Shown here: positions 62,895-64,000 of the stretch, in pieces
How the letters are laid out: every line of letters starts with the position of its first letter
Numbering within the stretch: position 1 is the first letter of the stretch
NCBI GenBank assembly: GCA_018711135.1
Contig: DVIS01000019.1
Span: forward strand, 2,533-66,532
Origin: Candidatus Onthousia faecavium
Lineage (GTDB): Bacteria > Bacillota_I > Bacilli_A > RF39 > UBA660
Direction: 5' to 3'
DNA: 64,000 nt
Program-made: the position numbers and the translations under genes
The notes under the pieces: model-generated
What the model saw: the letters and a program-made list of their open reading frames with translations, nothing else
Database searches by the model: none
What the model was told of the DNA's origin: nothing

Positions 62895-63326
62895 TTATTC
62901 TTGGTTTTGACTGTCTAAATCATCAGCAGATTCTTTCATTAAGCTCATTAAGCCTCCACTAGTATCACCATTTACATACATTTTGTAGTATGAATATTCC
63001 ATATCCTTAGTGTCTACCCGATAAATTACCTCTATCTCTTCTCCTTCATCAAACTTACTAGTTCCTTTAACACTAATTAAGATTTCATTTACTCCATTTG
63101 ATAACTCTTTAGTGTATTCATCCCAAGTAGAATCAATTAAAGCATTATCGAATAATTCTCCCATAGTATGATTTCCTAAATAAGCACTACCTTCAGCATT
63201 TCTAATTAGGTCAATATATTCTTTATACTCTTCATTGATAGTATAATTTTCGGTACTACCTCCACAACCAGTTACGCTAAAAATCATTACTCCACATAAC
63301 ATAATTAATAATATTGTTCTTTTCAT
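62895..63326 (-). CDS. Lipoprotein of unknown function
   Basis: Lipobox LIMLCGVMIFSVTGC, with the Cys followed by GGS. Confidence 0.6.
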   Translation of the reverse strand: MKRTILLIMLCGVMIFSVTGCGGSTENYTINEEYKEYIDLIRNAEGSAYLGNHTMGELFDNALIDSTWDEYTKELSNGVNEILISVKGTSKFDEGEEIEVIYRVDTKDMEYSYYKMYVNGDTSGGLMSLMKESADDLDSQNQE

Positions 63327-63342
63327 TGCTCACTCCTTCTTT

Positions 63343-64000
63343 CTAATCATTACTTTCTATAGGCTCATCTAACCAATTACCATTATTATCAATATTTACA
63401 GTATAAATTTTATAATCTCTCCCTTGGAATTTTATATTAGCTTTACCACCTTCAAAGTTTCCACCTTCTAAGACAGTCATATAAGCAGAATTCGATGAAA
63501 CATCAATCTTTAAAGCTTCTTTGCCATCTTCATCAAAGTAAGATATACCTACGTTATCTATTTGGCAAGCTACTAATCCTTCACTATAATCATTACAACT
63601 TAAATCATGAGTATATGGTAATTTTATTATTTCATTAGTACTTTCAATGTACATATATGAATTAGGGTAAATACTATTGCCTATTATTAAGATATTGCCA
63701 TTGGAAAGTGTTTGGGATTTATGAAATCCTCCATCTGTCTCATACTGAGCAACAATATTTCCTTTGGTATCATAGATAATAATATTATCGATAGTACTCA
63801 CAACAACTTTGCCATTAGCATAGTTATTTAAGGGATTATTTAAATCATCAAGATTAATAATTATTTCATCTGATAATGGTATAACAATCTCACCTTTATC
63901 ATTTACATAACCATATTTTGTTCCATTATAATCTCTTTGCTCTACCCAAGCTATTCTTTCATCTAGTATATCACCATAGAAATTACTATGATCATAGTAT
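63343..64000 (-). CDS. Partial CDS (C-terminal part; the frame stays open to the right edge): WG/KWG-repeat-like protein
   Basis: The track ORF starts at GTG 63801, but the same frame has no stop up to 64000. The upstream translation contains YGYVNDKGEIVIPLSDEI, a WG-repeat-like pattern that is repeated downstream (ISYFDEDGKEALK). Confidence 0.5.
   Translation of the reverse strand, partial: YYDHSNFYGDILDERIAWVEQRDYNGTKYGYVNDKGEIVIPLSDEIIINLDDLNNPLNNYANGKVVVSTIDNIIIYDTKGNIVAQYETDGGFHKSQTLSNGNILIIGNSIYPNSYMYIESTNEIIKLPYTHDLSCNDYSEGLVACQIDNVGISYFDEDGKEALKIDVSSNSAYMTVLEGGNFEGGKANIKFQGRDYKIYTVNIDNNGNWLDEPIESND

Overview
This is a very AT-rich 64-kb chromosomal segment, transcribed almost entirely from the minus strand. 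It comes from an endospore-forming low-GC Firmicute: it carries spoVAC/AD/AEB, a SigF/G-like sigma factor, CotY/Z-like and BclA-like exosporium genes, and SpoIID-like and CwlD-like genes. The housekeeping backbone is parE-[unknown orf]-parC, rlmN-prpC-prkC-rsgA-rpe, yqeK, a SEDS protein, tRNA-Ala(UGC), pyruvate:ferredoxin oxidoreductase, murE, a T-box-controlled ileS, dut and htrA.

The most unusual content is a dispersed family of secreted proteins, here called the P-family. It has six loci plus one relative that carries only the C-module. The members share a near-identical N-terminal module (SipW-type signal peptide plus a TasA/camelysin-like beginning) fused to interchangeable C-terminal modules, either FGE-sulfatase/C-type-lectin-like or DUF6273-like. 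Five members are preceded by the same ~130-nt non-coding leader. That leader contains an invariant G9 run, mutually exclusive helices and a terminator-like hairpin followed by a U run. I do not recognise this leader as any named RNA family. One member is a mosaic pseudogene.

Other notable items:
- two paralogous type-I-toxin-like loci, each a 26-30-aa hydrophobic peptide with a hairpin sequestering its SD and a convergent promoter
- a promoter-to-terminator small-RNA candidate upstream of the collagen-like gene
- an uncharacterised ORF wedged between parE and parC
- a ClpX-like AAA+ protein with a novel N-domain
- a membrane-anchored PTS EIIB domain lacking its catalytic Cys
- an accessory islet holding a nonsense-mutated pseudogene, dinJ-yafQ and an internally deleted IS605-type tnpB remnant
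- an Abi_2/HEPN gene overlapping htrA

No CRISPR array, rRNA gene, integrase or intact transposase was seen. All family assignments come from motif recognition by eye, not from searches.
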